Source: a virus (taxonomy: Duplodnaviria > Caudoviricetes). Taken from it: 52,016 bases of DNA. A program made the position numbers and the translations under genes. Location: IMG/VR virus record IMGVR_UViG_3300030380_004731, positions 1 through 52,016 of that record; one strand, 5' to 3'. This document shows, one piece after another, positions 1 to 8,825 of the stretch (position 1 is the first letter of the stretch; each line of letters opens with the position of its first letter). Below the pieces are notes generated by a model. It made no database searches. It was not told the DNA's origin and worked only from the letters and a program-made list of their open reading frames with translations.

Positions 1-5
1 GAGAA

Positions 6-830
6 ATGACGTTAAAAGAATTTTCCGATAGGTCTGTTGCAATGGGCGAAGTTTCCAGAAAAAAAATTGCTGATGTTAATGCAAAATATGACAAGATTGA
101 TTTTGATAAACAAGATGAACAATTTAGGTTATTGAGTGAATTAAGAGAAACAGAAGAGGAAAAAGAAATAACTAAATTAATAGAAGGTTATGAGGCTAAA
201 TTTGAACTTGCTCAAGGAAATGCAATACTCGAAACTGAATTACAAAAAAGTTTAAATGAAGAACTTGCAAAAATAAATGATAAGTACAGAAAAGAAGAAG
301 AAGATAAAGACAAAGAACAAGTAGAAAGAAAACGAGTAAGTATGATGCAACAATTAGATATTGCTCATGCTGGTTTGGGTGCTATTGGTGATTTGGTAAA
401 TGCTTTGGCTGATGATAATGAAAAGAGTGCAAGAAGGGCATTTAATGTGAATAAAGCCGTAGGAATTGCTCAAGCGGTTATTAGTACGGCACAAGGTATT
501 ATGAAGGCTATGGCAGAAACAACTGATGTTACACCTACTCAATCTTTAAGATTTGCAAATGCAGCGGTAGTTGGAATCACAGGAATTGCACAAATTGCAA
601 CCATAGCGAAACAACAATTTAAAAGTTCTGGAAGTAGTGGAAATATTGAAACGCCAAGTGCAAATGCTGGTGGCTCAGCACCTCAACCAAACTTTAACGT
701 AGTTGGCGATAGTGGTGTGAATCAATTAGCACAATTACAAATGCAACCAACTCAGGCATATGTTGTGTCTGGAGATATTACAACGGCACAGAGTTTAGAT
801 AGAAATAAGATTGAAAATGCAACAATTTAA
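6..830 (+). CDS. C-terminal part of tape-measure-like tail protein (truncated by window edge)
   Basis: Charged coiled-coil followed by Ala/Gly/Ile-rich amphipathic helices (KAVGIAQAVISTAQGIMKA...GIAQIATIAKQQF) and a terminal AYVVSGDITTAQ motif typical of Bacteroidota siphovirus tape-measure C-termini. Confidence 0.6.
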   Translation: MTLKEFSDRSVAMGEVSRKKIADVNAKYDKIDFDKQDEQFRLLSELRETEEEKEITKLIEGYEAKFELAQGNAILETELQKSLNEELAKINDKYRKEEEDKDKEQVERKRVSMMQQLDIAHAGLGAIGDLVNALADDNEKSARRAFNVNKAVGIAQAVISTAQGIMKAMAETTDVTPTQSLRFANAAVVGITGIAQIATIAKQQFKSSGSSGNIETPSANAGGSAPQPNFNVVGDSGVNQLAQLQMQPTQAYVVSGDITTAQSLDRNKIENATI

Positions 831-847
831 ATTAAAAGCGTTATATA
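821..847 (+). promoter_or_regulatory. Putative phage late promoter, copy 1 (AACAA-N11-AGCGTTATATA)
   Basis: Identical bipartite motif with identical 11-nt spacer at 821, 2202 and 4546, each just upstream of a structural gene start. Confidence 0.7.
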
Positions 848-850
848 AAT

Positions 851-2074
851 ATGAAAATTATCGAATTAATATTAAACGAAGAAGAAGAACAAGCTGGAAT
901 ACAAGCCGTTTCAGTAGTTGAAAACCCAGCAATAGAAGAAGACTGGATTGCTTTAAAAAAACATGAAGTAGAATTAAAAACTATTAATGAAGAAAAAAGG
1001 CTTTTAATGGGGCCAGCTTTGATACCAAATAAGCAGATTTTTAGGCGTAATGAAGATACTAAAGAAGATTATTATATTTATTTTAGTGAGAAAACTGTAC
1101 GTAAAGCCAGTCAATTATTCTTAAAAGAATCAAACCAAAATAATGCTACGATAGAACACGAATCAAAAATTGAAGGAATGAGTGTTGTCGAAAGTTGGCT
1201 TGTAGAAGATTCAAAAAAAGATAAAAGTTCTTTATATGGTTTTAAAGCAGAAAAAGGCACATGGTTTATTACTATGAAGGTGGACAACGAAGAAGTCTGG
1301 CAGAAAGTAAAAGCTGGAGAAATTAAAGGCTTTTCCATAGAAGGCTACTTTAGTGAGAAATCAAATTTAAAACAAGAATTAAAATCTATTGTAGTAGATG
1401 AAGATATTGCAATCATAGATGATAGAAATGCTTATAGCACAAAGGAAAAAGCATTAGAAGTTGCTAAAGAAGTAGGTTGCGAAAGTTATCACGAACACGA
1501 ATTTGAGGGAAAAGTTTGGTTTATGCCTTGCAAAGAGCATTCATTAAGTGAAGAAATACCAACTGTGAATTTTAAAAAACCTTGTTGGGACGGATATGAG
1601 CAAGTAGGTTTTAAAATGAAAGACGGAAAGAAAGTACCTAATTGCGTTCCAATAAAAAACTCTACTGACCTGGAATCATATGCAGATTACCCAGATGCAG
1701 TAAAAAATAATGCTAAAAGAGGAATGGAATTAAACAAAAAGAATGGCAATAAATGTGCTACTCTTGTTGGAAAAAATAGAGGGGCTGACTTGTCAAAAGG
1801 GCGTGCCTTGAATGTAGACACAATAAAAAGAATGTACTCGTATTTAAGTAGAGCCAAAACTTATTATGATAAAGCTGACACAAATGATTGTGGAAATATT
1901 AGCTATTTGCTTTGGGGTGGTTTAGCTGGTTTGCGTTGGTCTGAAAGTAAACTTAAAAAGCTGGAAAAGTTAAGTGAAGTAAAAGAAGATTTAAATAAAA
2001 AAATCATAGAGGAATTAAAAAATTTAATTTTAGATCATGAAAAAAAAGAAAAAACAAATAAAGGACAAAAATAG
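851..2074 (+). CDS. XkdF-like putative prohead serine protease with C-terminal accessory Cys/His modules
   Basis: AVSVVENPAIEE, LMGPALIPNKQIFR, VVESWLVED, GTWFITMKV, GEIKGFSIEG motifs; lies upstream of scaffold and capsid genes. Confidence 0.8.
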   Translation: MKIIELILNEEEEQAGIQAVSVVENPAIEEDWIALKKHEVELKTINEEKRLLMGPALIPNKQIFRRNEDTKEDYYIYFSEKTVRKASQLFLKESNQNNATIEHESKIEGMSVVESWLVEDSKKDKSSLYGFKAEKGTWFITMKVDNEEVWQKVKAGEIKGFSIEGYFSEKSNLKQELKSIVVDEDIAIIDDRNAYSTKEKALEVAKEVGCESYHEHEFEGKVWFMPCKEHSLSEEIPTVNFKKPCWDGYEQVGFKMKDGKKVPNCVPIKNSTDLESYADYPDAVKNNAKRGMELNKKNGNKCATLVGKNRGADLSKGRALNVDTIKRMYSYLSRAKTYYDKADTNDCGNISYLLWGGLAGLRWSESKLKKLEKLSEVKEDLNKKIIEELKNLILDHEKKEKTNKGQK

Positions 2075-2192
2075 AACACCAAGTAAAACCTCGCCAAAAG
2101 GTGGCAATAGGGGTTGTTTGTGTGAAGATAATACATACCATAAGGATTGTTGTAATGGTAGTTTACACGCACAAGGCATTGGAAAAGTTTAA
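2037..2192 (+). CDS. Small basic Cys-rich protein (51 aa, not in ORF track)
   Basis: Hand translation MKKKKKQIKDKNRTPSKTSPKGGNRGCLCEDNTYHKDCCNGSLHAQGIGKV; fills the gap between protease and the next promoter motif. Confidence 0.7.
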   Translation: MKKKKKQIKDKNRTPSKTSPKGGNRGCLCEDNTYHKDCCNGSLHAQGIGKV

Positions 2193-2201
2193 TGAAAATC
2201 T

Positions 2202-2228
2202 AACAAAATAAAAATTAAGCGTTATATA
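2202..2228 (+). promoter_or_regulatory. Putative phage late promoter, copy 2
   Basis: AACAA aataaaaatta AGCGTTATATA, 17 nt upstream of the scaffold ATG. Confidence 0.7.
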
Positions 2229-2245
2229 GTTGTAAAATTATAATT

Positions 2246-2851
2246 ATGGAAAAAAATACTGATATCATATCAAAAATAAAAACCTTATTAGGTTTAGAGC
2301 AAACAGAAGTAAATCTTGCTCAAATGAAGTTAGAAGACGGACTTACAATTGTTGAGTCTGAAAAATTCGAAGAAGGAGATAACATCTCAATAATCGCAGA
2401 AGACGGAAAAGTTGCAATGCCTGTTGGCGAATATGAACTTGAGGACGGCAGAATGATTGTAGTCAAAGAAGAGGGCATAATTGATATGGTAAAAGGAAAA
2501 GAGGAAAAAGAAGAAAAAGAGGAAGTAATTGAGAAAGAAGAAGAAAAAGAGGAGTATGTTGAACAAGAGGCAGAAACTCCAAAAAAAGTAGTTGAGACAG
2601 TTACTAAAGAATTTCATTTTGAGGAAATAGAAAAGCTTAAAAAAGAAATTGAAGAACTTAAATTAAAAATTCAACCACAAGAAGAAGATAAAAAAGAGGA
2701 AAAAGAAGAAGTGATTGAATTAAAAGAAGAAGAAAAAATTGAGCCAATTGTACATAATCCAGAAAACAAAAAAGAAATTGAAGGCTTTAAATTTTCTCAA
2801 AACAGAACAGAAACTACTCTTGACAGAGTAATGAATCGATTAAGTAAATAA
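2246..2851 (+). CDS. Capsid scaffolding protein (segment A)
   Basis: Highly acidic and coiled-coil, MPVGEYELEDGRMIVVKEEG motif, between protease and capsid gene. Confidence 0.6.
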   Translation: MEKNTDIISKIKTLLGLEQTEVNLAQMKLEDGLTIVESEKFEEGDNISIIAEDGKVAMPVGEYELEDGRMIVVKEEGIIDMVKGKEEKEEKEEVIEKEEEKEEYVEQEAETPKKVVETVTKEFHFEEIEKLKKEIEELKLKIQPQEEDKKEEKEEVIELKEEEKIEPIVHNPENKKEIEGFKFSQNRTETTLDRVMNRLSK

Positions 2852-2875
2852 ATTAATAATTAAAAACTAAAAAAA

Positions 2876-3796
2876 ATGGGTGTATCTTTAACATCAACTT
2901 ATGCTGGGGAGTTCGCTGGAAAATATATTTCTGCGGCCTTACTTTCAGCTCAAACATTAGACAAAGGTCTAATCACAGTATTACCAAACGTAAAATATAA
3001 GCAAGTTTTACAAGTAGGTGCATTAGGAAACATTGTTGCAAACGCAACTTGTGACTATACAGCATCTGGTACTTTAACACTAACAGAAAAAATCATTGAG
3101 CCAGAGGAATTCCAGGTTAACTATGATGTTTGTAAAAAAGACTTAGTAAATTCTTGGGAGGCAGAACAAATGGGTTTTAGCGCATTTGATAATCTTGCAC
3201 CAAGTCTTTCAGATTTCATTATTGCACATACGGCTGCAAAAGTGGCTGCTCAAGTTGAAAACACTATCTGGGCAGGTCAAACTGGAACGGCTGGAGAATT
3301 TGACGGATTCTATTACAAAGCTACCGCTGGTGGTTCTGGTTGTGTTGCAGTTACTGGTACTGGTATCACGGCTACGAACGTGATAACGGAATTAGGCAAG
3401 GTGGTTGACGCTATACCGCAAAGCGTGTACGGAAAAGAAGATTTACATATCTACGTAGCACCAAATGTAGCAAGAGCATACATTCGTGCATTAGGTGGGT
3501 TTGTTGCAACTATCGGTGCAAATGGTGTTGATAATAAAGGAACAAGCTGGTACACTAACGGAGCACTTTCTTTTGACGGAATTCCAGTTGTAGTAGCACA
3601 AGGCTTACCAGCATCATCAATGATGGCTGCTCAAAAATCTAACTTATTTTTCGGCACTGGTTTGCTTTCAGACCATAACGAGGTTAGAGTTTTAGACATG
3701 GCAGAACTTGACGGCTCACAAAATGTTCGCGTTATCATGAGATTTACTGGTAGCGTTGAAATGGGTATTAACTCAGACGTAGTAATCTACGCATAA
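2876..3796 (+). CDS. Major capsid protein (segment A)
   Basis: 306 aa after protease and scaffold; TYAGEFAGKYI start, VAAQVENTIWAG long helix, AQKSNLFFGTGL; followed by a hairpin. Confidence 0.8.
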   Translation: MGVSLTSTYAGEFAGKYISAALLSAQTLDKGLITVLPNVKYKQVLQVGALGNIVANATCDYTASGTLTLTEKIIEPEEFQVNYDVCKKDLVNSWEAEQMGFSAFDNLAPSLSDFIIAHTAAKVAAQVENTIWAGQTGTAGEFDGFYYKATAGGSGCVAVTGTGITATNVITELGKVVDAIPQSVYGKEDLHIYVAPNVARAYIRALGGFVATIGANGVDNKGTSWYTNGALSFDGIPVVVAQGLPASSMMAAQKSNLFFGTGLLSDHNEVRVLDMAELDGSQNVRVIMRFTGSVEMGINSDVVIYA

Positions 3797-3808
3797 GACT
3801 AATTAATT

Positions 3809-3836
3809 GAGGGGTGTCAAAACCCCTCTTATTTTT
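3809..3836 (+). terminator. Hairpin/intrinsic terminator after capsid gene
   Basis: GAGGGG-tgtcaaaa-CCCCTC followed by TTATTTTT. Confidence 0.65.
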
Positions 3837-3857
3837 AAATTTTTAAAACCACAAAAC

Positions 3858-4442
3858 ATGAGTTGTGATATAATTGGCGGAAGAACGGAGCAATGCAAGG
3901 ATGCAGTTTCTGGACTTCATGCAATATACTTAATAAACTATGGCGATTTAGACATGGATGCACTTGCTCAATATGGAACTGTTGATAATACAGACCAAAT
4001 TGTAGCTATTCAATCTGACGGCATTACATTTTCAGCATTTAAGTTTGAATTAAAGGGCAATAATTCTTTTGAGCAAACGATAAATTCCTCGAGAGAAAAT
4101 GGCACTACATTTTTCGAACAAACATTAACTGTTCAATTAAAAAGACAAGACGTTAAATCTACTAAAAACGTAAAACTAATTTCTTACGGAAGACCAAGAA
4201 TTATTGTACACGCAAGAGGAGACCAATTCTTTTTAATGGGATTAGACCAGGGTTGTGATGTATCTGCTGGAAACATATCTAGCGGTAGCGCACTTGGAGA
4301 CTTTAACGGCTACTCGCTCACATTTACTGCAATGGAAGAGTTACCAGCGAACTTTATTAACTGTACTAATGAAACTGAATTGAAACTTTTATTACAAAAT
4401 GGTGCTGGTGGCACTGGAGTTTGTAATATAGTTACTTCATAG
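3858..4442 (+). CDS. Putative major tail (tube) protein; start revised to ATG 3858
   Basis: MSCD...CKDAVSG...FKFELKGN.SFEQ..SSRENGTTFFEQTL; beta-rich structural gene after the capsid gene; the track's 3807 start overlaps the terminator. Confidence 0.55.
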   Translation: MSCDIIGGRTEQCKDAVSGLHAIYLINYGDLDMDALAQYGTVDNTDQIVAIQSDGITFSAFKFELKGNNSFEQTINSSRENGTTFFEQTLTVQLKRQDVKSTKNVKLISYGRPRIIVHARGDQFFLMGLDQGCDVSAGNISSGSALGDFNGYSLTFTAMEELPANFINCTNETELKLLLQNGAGGTGVCNIVTS

Positions 4443-4483
4443 GAGTTTTCTTTATCAAATTTTATAATTTGTATTACTCAAAG

Positions 4484-4510
4484 AAGGTCGTATTTATACG
4501 GCCTTTTTTT
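4484..4510 (+). terminator. Intrinsic terminator
   Basis: AAGGTCGTA-ttta-TACGGCCTT stem followed by a T-run. Confidence 0.75.
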
Positions 4511-4545
4511 CTGTGATCTAAAATTTATTTTAGTCTTATATTTCT

Positions 4546-4572
4546 AACAAATTTGAATTTTAGCGTTATATA
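4546..4572 (+). promoter_or_regulatory. Putative phage late promoter, copy 3
   Basis: AACAA atttgaatttt AGCGTTATATA, downstream of a terminator and 3 nt before ATG 4576. Confidence 0.7.
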
Positions 4573-4575
4573 AGT

Positions 4576-4929
4576 ATGATAATATTAAAAGTAGATACAA
4601 ACCCACAATCATTTAAATTTATTCCTAGAAGTAAAACTTATGACGGATTATTTATAAAAGATGAGAGTACAAATGTAGAAACACAAATTACAATTAGCAG
4701 TAGTTCCTCTAATGATTATTATGAATCAATTACTGCGACGTTTCACATAGCATCTCCTGTGTTTAATTTAGTTGAGGATAGGTTTTATCGTCTATTGGTT
4801 AAAAATGGCACAGACATAGTTTATAGAGATAGAATTTTTGTAACTAATCAAGTTATTGCTAACTTTAATGTTAATGAAAATGTATATCAATCGAATGCAT
4901 CAACAAATGAATTTATAATTTATGAATAA
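4576..4929 (+). CDS. Hypothetical structural protein
   Basis: 117-aa beta-rich ORF overlapping the portal start. Confidence 0.6.
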   Translation: MIILKVDTNPQSFKFIPRSKTYDGLFIKDESTNVETQITISSSSSNDYYESITATFHIASPVFNLVEDRFYRLLVKNGTDIVYRDRIFVTNQVIANFNVNENVYQSNASTNEFIIYE

Positions 4930-6730
4930 TAACTCACACATATTAAATTTAAGTGCTTATGAAGTACCACAAATTGTAGAAGATAAAAGACGAGATTGGG
5001 TTTTATATGGAAAAAACAACGATTATTTTGAATTCCTTATAAATAACTATAAAAATTCAACTACGAATAACGCAATAATAAATAACATTTGTAGGTTGGT
5101 TTATGGAAAAGGATTAAGTGCCTTAGATGCGAGTAAAAAGCCAAATGAGTATGCTCAAAGCATTAGTCTATTTTCTCCAGAAGATTTAAAAAAAGTAATA
5201 TTAGATTTTAAGATGCTCGGACAAGGTGCATTTCAAATACATTACTCAAAAGATAGAAAAAAGATTATTAAAGCTTTGCATATACCAGTTCAATTATTAG
5301 GTGCTGAAAAGTGTAATGAAAACGGAGAAATTGAAGGATATTATTATTCGGATAATTGGGAAAATGTAAAAAAATTTCCACCAAAAAGAATTCCAGCATT
5401 TGGGTATAGTAGTGAAAAAATAGAAATATTATATTTCAACAATTATACACCTGGAATGAAATATTACTCATGTGTTGATTATGTCGGTGGCTTATCATAT
5501 TGTACACTTGAAGAAGAAATAAGCGAGTACTTAATTAATGATGTACAGAACTCATTTAGTTCTACAAAGGTGGTTAACTTTAATAATGGAATTCCAACAG
5601 AGGAACAACAAGAAATCGTTAGTTCAAAAGTGATGAATAAATTAACTGGCTCAAATGGGCAGAAAGTCATTGTTTCTTTTAATAGTGATGAAACAAGCAA
5701 GACAACTGTTGATGACATTCAATTAAATAATGCTCCAGAACATTACCAATACTTAGCTGACGAGTGTATGCGTAAAATTATGGTTGCTCATAATGTTACC
5801 TCGCCACTATTATTTGGCATAGCAAGTAAAAATGGTTTTTCAAGTAACGCAGACGAGTTGAAAGATTCATCAATACTTTTTGACAATATGGTTGTAAAAC
5901 CAATTCAAAATGTTTTAATAGATGCTTTAGATAAAATTTTAGCATTCAATGATGTATCATTAAAATTATATTTCAAAACATTACAACCCTTAGATTTTAA
6001 AGATTTAGAAGGTGTCGAAGATGAAGAAGTGATTGAAGAAGAAACAGGAATTGAAACAGAATTAAATTCATTAGTCTTAAATGATGAAACTAAAAAAAGT
6101 TTAATAGATAATTTAGACGGAGAAATCATAGACGAGCAAGAATGGGAATTAGTAGACAAGAGAGTTTTCAATGAAGAAAACGAAAGCATTGATGATTGGG
6201 CGAATAGAGTTATAAGAAGAAAAAAAAGTAATTTAACTAAGTTAAAAGATTACATTACAAGTTATCCAAATAGAAAATCTTTTTTAGATAAGGATATTTA
6301 TAAAGTTAGATATTCATATGAGGAAATAAAGAAAGGATCTAAAACTGGAAAAAGCAGAGATTTTTGTCAGCATATGATGAAAAGGACAGATAAAGGTGTA
6401 CGTTATAGAAAAGAAGATATAGACATGGCATCTTTTCAAGGTGTTAACAATAAGTTCGGACATAAAGGTCAAAATTATAGTTTATTCAAGTACAAAGGTG
6501 GGCCAAATTGCTATCATTTTTGGGCAGAAAATCTTTACAGATTAAAGAAGAAAACTGACGGAAGTTTTTATAAAGATAAAAGCTTAGCAAGTTCTGAAAT
6601 TGTAGGCGAGTTACCTTATATAGTAAACCCAAATGGCTGGAAAGAGGCACAAATTGCACCAATAGATATACCAAAAACCAGTACCAACCCTGGTAGAGGT
6701 TACCACCCAAATAATAAAAGATTTCAATAA
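4922..6730 (+). CDS. Portal protein (segment A) with C-terminal MuF-like extension
   Basis: WVLYGKNNDY, STTNNAII, KLTGSNG, IMVAHNVTSPLLFGI...GFSSNADE portal motifs; acidic linker then SRDFC...YKGGPNCYHFW domain. Confidence 0.8.
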   Translation: MNNNSHILNLSAYEVPQIVEDKRRDWVLYGKNNDYFEFLINNYKNSTTNNAIINNICRLVYGKGLSALDASKKPNEYAQSISLFSPEDLKKVILDFKMLGQGAFQIHYSKDRKKIIKALHIPVQLLGAEKCNENGEIEGYYYSDNWENVKKFPPKRIPAFGYSSEKIEILYFNNYTPGMKYYSCVDYVGGLSYCTLEEEISEYLINDVQNSFSSTKVVNFNNGIPTEEQQEIVSSKVMNKLTGSNGQKVIVSFNSDETSKTTVDDIQLNNAPEHYQYLADECMRKIMVAHNVTSPLLFGIASKNGFSSNADELKDSSILFDNMVVKPIQNVLIDALDKILAFNDVSLKLYFKTLQPLDFKDLEGVEDEEVIEEETGIETELNSLVLNDETKKSLIDNLDGEIIDEQEWELVDKRVFNEENESIDDWANRVIRRKKSNLTKLKDYITSYPNRKSFLDKDIYKVRYSYEEIKKGSKTGKSRDFCQHMMKRTDKGVRYRKEDIDMASFQGVNNKFGHKGQNYSLFKYKGGPNCYHFWAENLYRLKKKTDGSFYKDKSLASSEIVGELPYIVNPNGWKEAQIAPIDIPKTSTNPGRGYHPNNKRFQ

Positions 6731-7230
6731 TGGCAGAGGCATTAATTATTTCCAGGAAAGACATAGTACGATTCACTTCAATGAATGGAAACGTAGATAC
6801 GTCAAAATTTATTCAACACATTAAGATTGCACAAGACACTCATATACAGAATTATATTGGCACAGATTTATTAGAGAAGATACAAGCGGATATTATTGCT
6901 GGTACTTTAGCTGGTAATTATTTGACCTTAGTAACAAAATATCTAAAACCAATGCTAATACATTATGCTATGGTAGAATTTTTGCATTATGCAAGTTTTA
7001 CAATTAGTAATAAGGGAGTATATAAACATAGTGCTGAGAATAGTGTTACGGCAAGTAGTGAAGAAATAAATAATTTGGTTGCAAGTGAGCAGAGAATTGC
7101 TGAACATTACACTCAAAGATTTGTAGATTACATTTGCAGTAACTCAAATTTATTTCCAGAATATAACTCAAATAGTAGTGAAGATATGTACCCAAGTACA
7201 GACGTAAATAATACAAATTGGTATATATAA
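6730..7230 (+). CDS. Putative head-tail adaptor/connector protein
   Basis: Directly follows the portal; IKIAQDTHIQNYIGTDL...LKPMLIHYA helical protein; function inferred from position. Confidence 0.55.
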   Translation: MAEALIISRKDIVRFTSMNGNVDTSKFIQHIKIAQDTHIQNYIGTDLLEKIQADIIAGTLAGNYLTLVTKYLKPMLIHYAMVEFLHYASFTISNKGVYKHSAENSVTASSEEINNLVASEQRIAEHYTQRFVDYICSNSNLFPEYNSNSSEDMYPSTDVNNTNWYI

Positions 7231-7233
7231 AAA

Positions 7234-7350
7234 ATGAAGAAAAGAACAGTTTATAAGATAAAGAATCAAAACTTAATTAAATTAAAAAAGTTTTGTGATA
7301 AAAAACCAGAGTATAAAAACATATTACAATTATGGCAGAAGTTAAAATAA
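7234..7350 (+). CDS. Small basic hypothetical protein (38 aa, not in ORF track)
   Basis: Hand translation MKKRTVYKIKNQNLIKLKKFCDKKPEYKNILQLWQKLK fills the gap. Confidence 0.45.
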   Translation: MKKRTVYKIKNQNLIKLKKFCDKKPEYKNILQLWQKLK

Positions 7351-7772
7351 GCGAATTAACAAATAAAGGTACTTTTTTAGAAGATACTGATTTATTTATA
7401 ATTAGTAAATCTGACGGCTCTGGCGGTTATGATTCTAAATATTTAACTGGTACAGAATTAAGACAAATTGAACTTAATAAAGAAGGTGCTAGTTACACTT
7501 TGGTTTTAGCTGATGCTAATAGATTAGTAGAAATGGAAAACGGAAGTGCTAACAATTTGACTATACCACCAAATAGTAGCGTTGCTTTTCCAGTTGGTAC
7601 TCAAATATTGATTAGTCAATTAGGTGCTGGGCAAACAACAGTAGTTGCTGGTAGTGGTGTGACATTACGTTCAAGTGGTGGTAAAACAAAACTTTCGGCT
7701 CAATATGCAATGGGTAGTTTAATAAAGCGTGGTACTGATGAGTGGTATTTGGCAGGAGATATAACGACATAA
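7332..7772 (+). CDS. Tail fibre/spike-associated protein
   Basis: KISEL N-terminal adaptor motif; YTLVLAD...TIPPNSSVAFPVGT...GAGQTTVVAGSGVTL...DEWYLAGD domain common in phage fibres. Confidence 0.6.
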   Translation: MAEVKISELTNKGTFLEDTDLFIISKSDGSGGYDSKYLTGTELRQIELNKEGASYTLVLADANRLVEMENGSANNLTIPPNSSVAFPVGTQILISQLGAGQTTVVAGSGVTLRSSGGKTKLSAQYAMGSLIKRGTDEWYLAGDITT

Positions 7773-7775
7773 ATT

Positions 7776-8495
7776 ATGCACTTAGCAACACACGGAATTA
7801 TAGCAAGGCCAACGGCAACAGCAAGTTTTTCAAATACGAAATCACTTGACTTTGACGGAGTTGATGACTATGTGGACTGTGGAACAACTTTAGGTGCGCA
7901 TTTAGGCTCTTCTTATGCAGGAGACCAAACTGTTAGTTTATGGTATAAAAGAACATCTTCAAGAATAGAAAGTCCGTTTAATTTTGGAAATACAAATTTT
8001 GCTTATGGTAGAGGTTTGGGATTGTTATTTATAAATAATATTTTACGAGTAAGCATTAATGATAATTGGAGAGCATCATTTACTACAACTTTTGATACTA
8101 ATTGGCATCACGTTTTGTATTCTGCTAAGAATAATGGAAACAATACCTTTGATTTAAAAATGTATTTAGACGGAACAGAGGTCATAAATACTAATGTAAA
8201 TATTGGACAAAATTCACTTGCTTTATCTCCAAATATAATTGTTACTATAGGGAGAGCAGGTGGGTATGAATTTCAAGGTAACATTGATGAGGTTGCTTTT
8301 TGGGATAGTGACCAAAGCGTAAATGCATCAAGTATATATAATAGCGGAACACCTAATGATTTATCAAGTCTTTCCCCTTTAACTTGGTGGAGGTTTGAGG
8401 AAGGAAGTGGAACAACTGCAATAGATAGTGGTTCACTTGGTAACAATGGAACTCTAACAAACGGTGTGGTGAGAAGCACAGACGTACCAACTTAA
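7776..8495 (+). CDS. LamG/concanavalin-A-like domain protein (putative glycan-binding virion protein)
   Basis: SLDFDGVDDYV, TVSLWYK, WHHV, MYLDG, FQGNIDEVAFW, WWRFEEGSG...DSGS.GNNGTL. Confidence 0.85.
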   Translation: MHLATHGIIARPTATASFSNTKSLDFDGVDDYVDCGTTLGAHLGSSYAGDQTVSLWYKRTSSRIESPFNFGNTNFAYGRGLGLLFINNILRVSINDNWRASFTTTFDTNWHHVLYSAKNNGNNTFDLKMYLDGTEVINTNVNIGQNSLALSPNIIVTIGRAGGYEFQGNIDEVAFWDSDQSVNASSIYNSGTPNDLSSLSPLTWWRFEEGSGTTAIDSGSLGNNGTLTNGVVRSTDVPT

Positions 8496-8504
8496 AATAA
8501 AAAA

Positions 8505-8774
8505 ATGAAAACAAGTGATTTAAAAATAAATAATCTGACATACGCTACAATTAGTATTGATGATTTACCAAAAGTAGATTTTTCTCAAGTAGGAGAAACT
8601 TCACAAGATACGGTTAGAAAAAATATTTTAACCCCACCTACTCAATTTGTATTAAAGTGGAGCTCTGAACCTACCTTTATTGCAGATGGAACAATCATAC
8701 CTGATGGATTATATACTCATCAAGAATGTTTAGATTTAATGGCTACCGCTGAATGGAGTGAACCAATGCCGTAA
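8505..8774 (+). CDS. Hypothetical protein following the LamG gene
   Basis: 89 aa, VDFSQVGETSQDTVRK...YTHQECL..M...EW. Confidence 0.65.
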   Translation: MKTSDLKINNLTYATISIDDLPKVDFSQVGETSQDTVRKNILTPPTQFVLKWSSEPTFIADGTIIPDGLYTHQECLDLMATAEWSEPMP

Positions 8775-8786
8775 ATATTTTTTTTG

Positions 8787-8794
8787 TATATTTG
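8787..8794 (+). promoter_or_regulatory. Bacteroidota primary-sigma -7 element (TATATTTG)
   Basis: Matches TAnnTTTG, intergenic, upstream of the lysis genes. Confidence 0.6.
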
Positions 8795-8825
8795 TGATAA
8801 TTAATTAATAGACAATTTTTATGTC

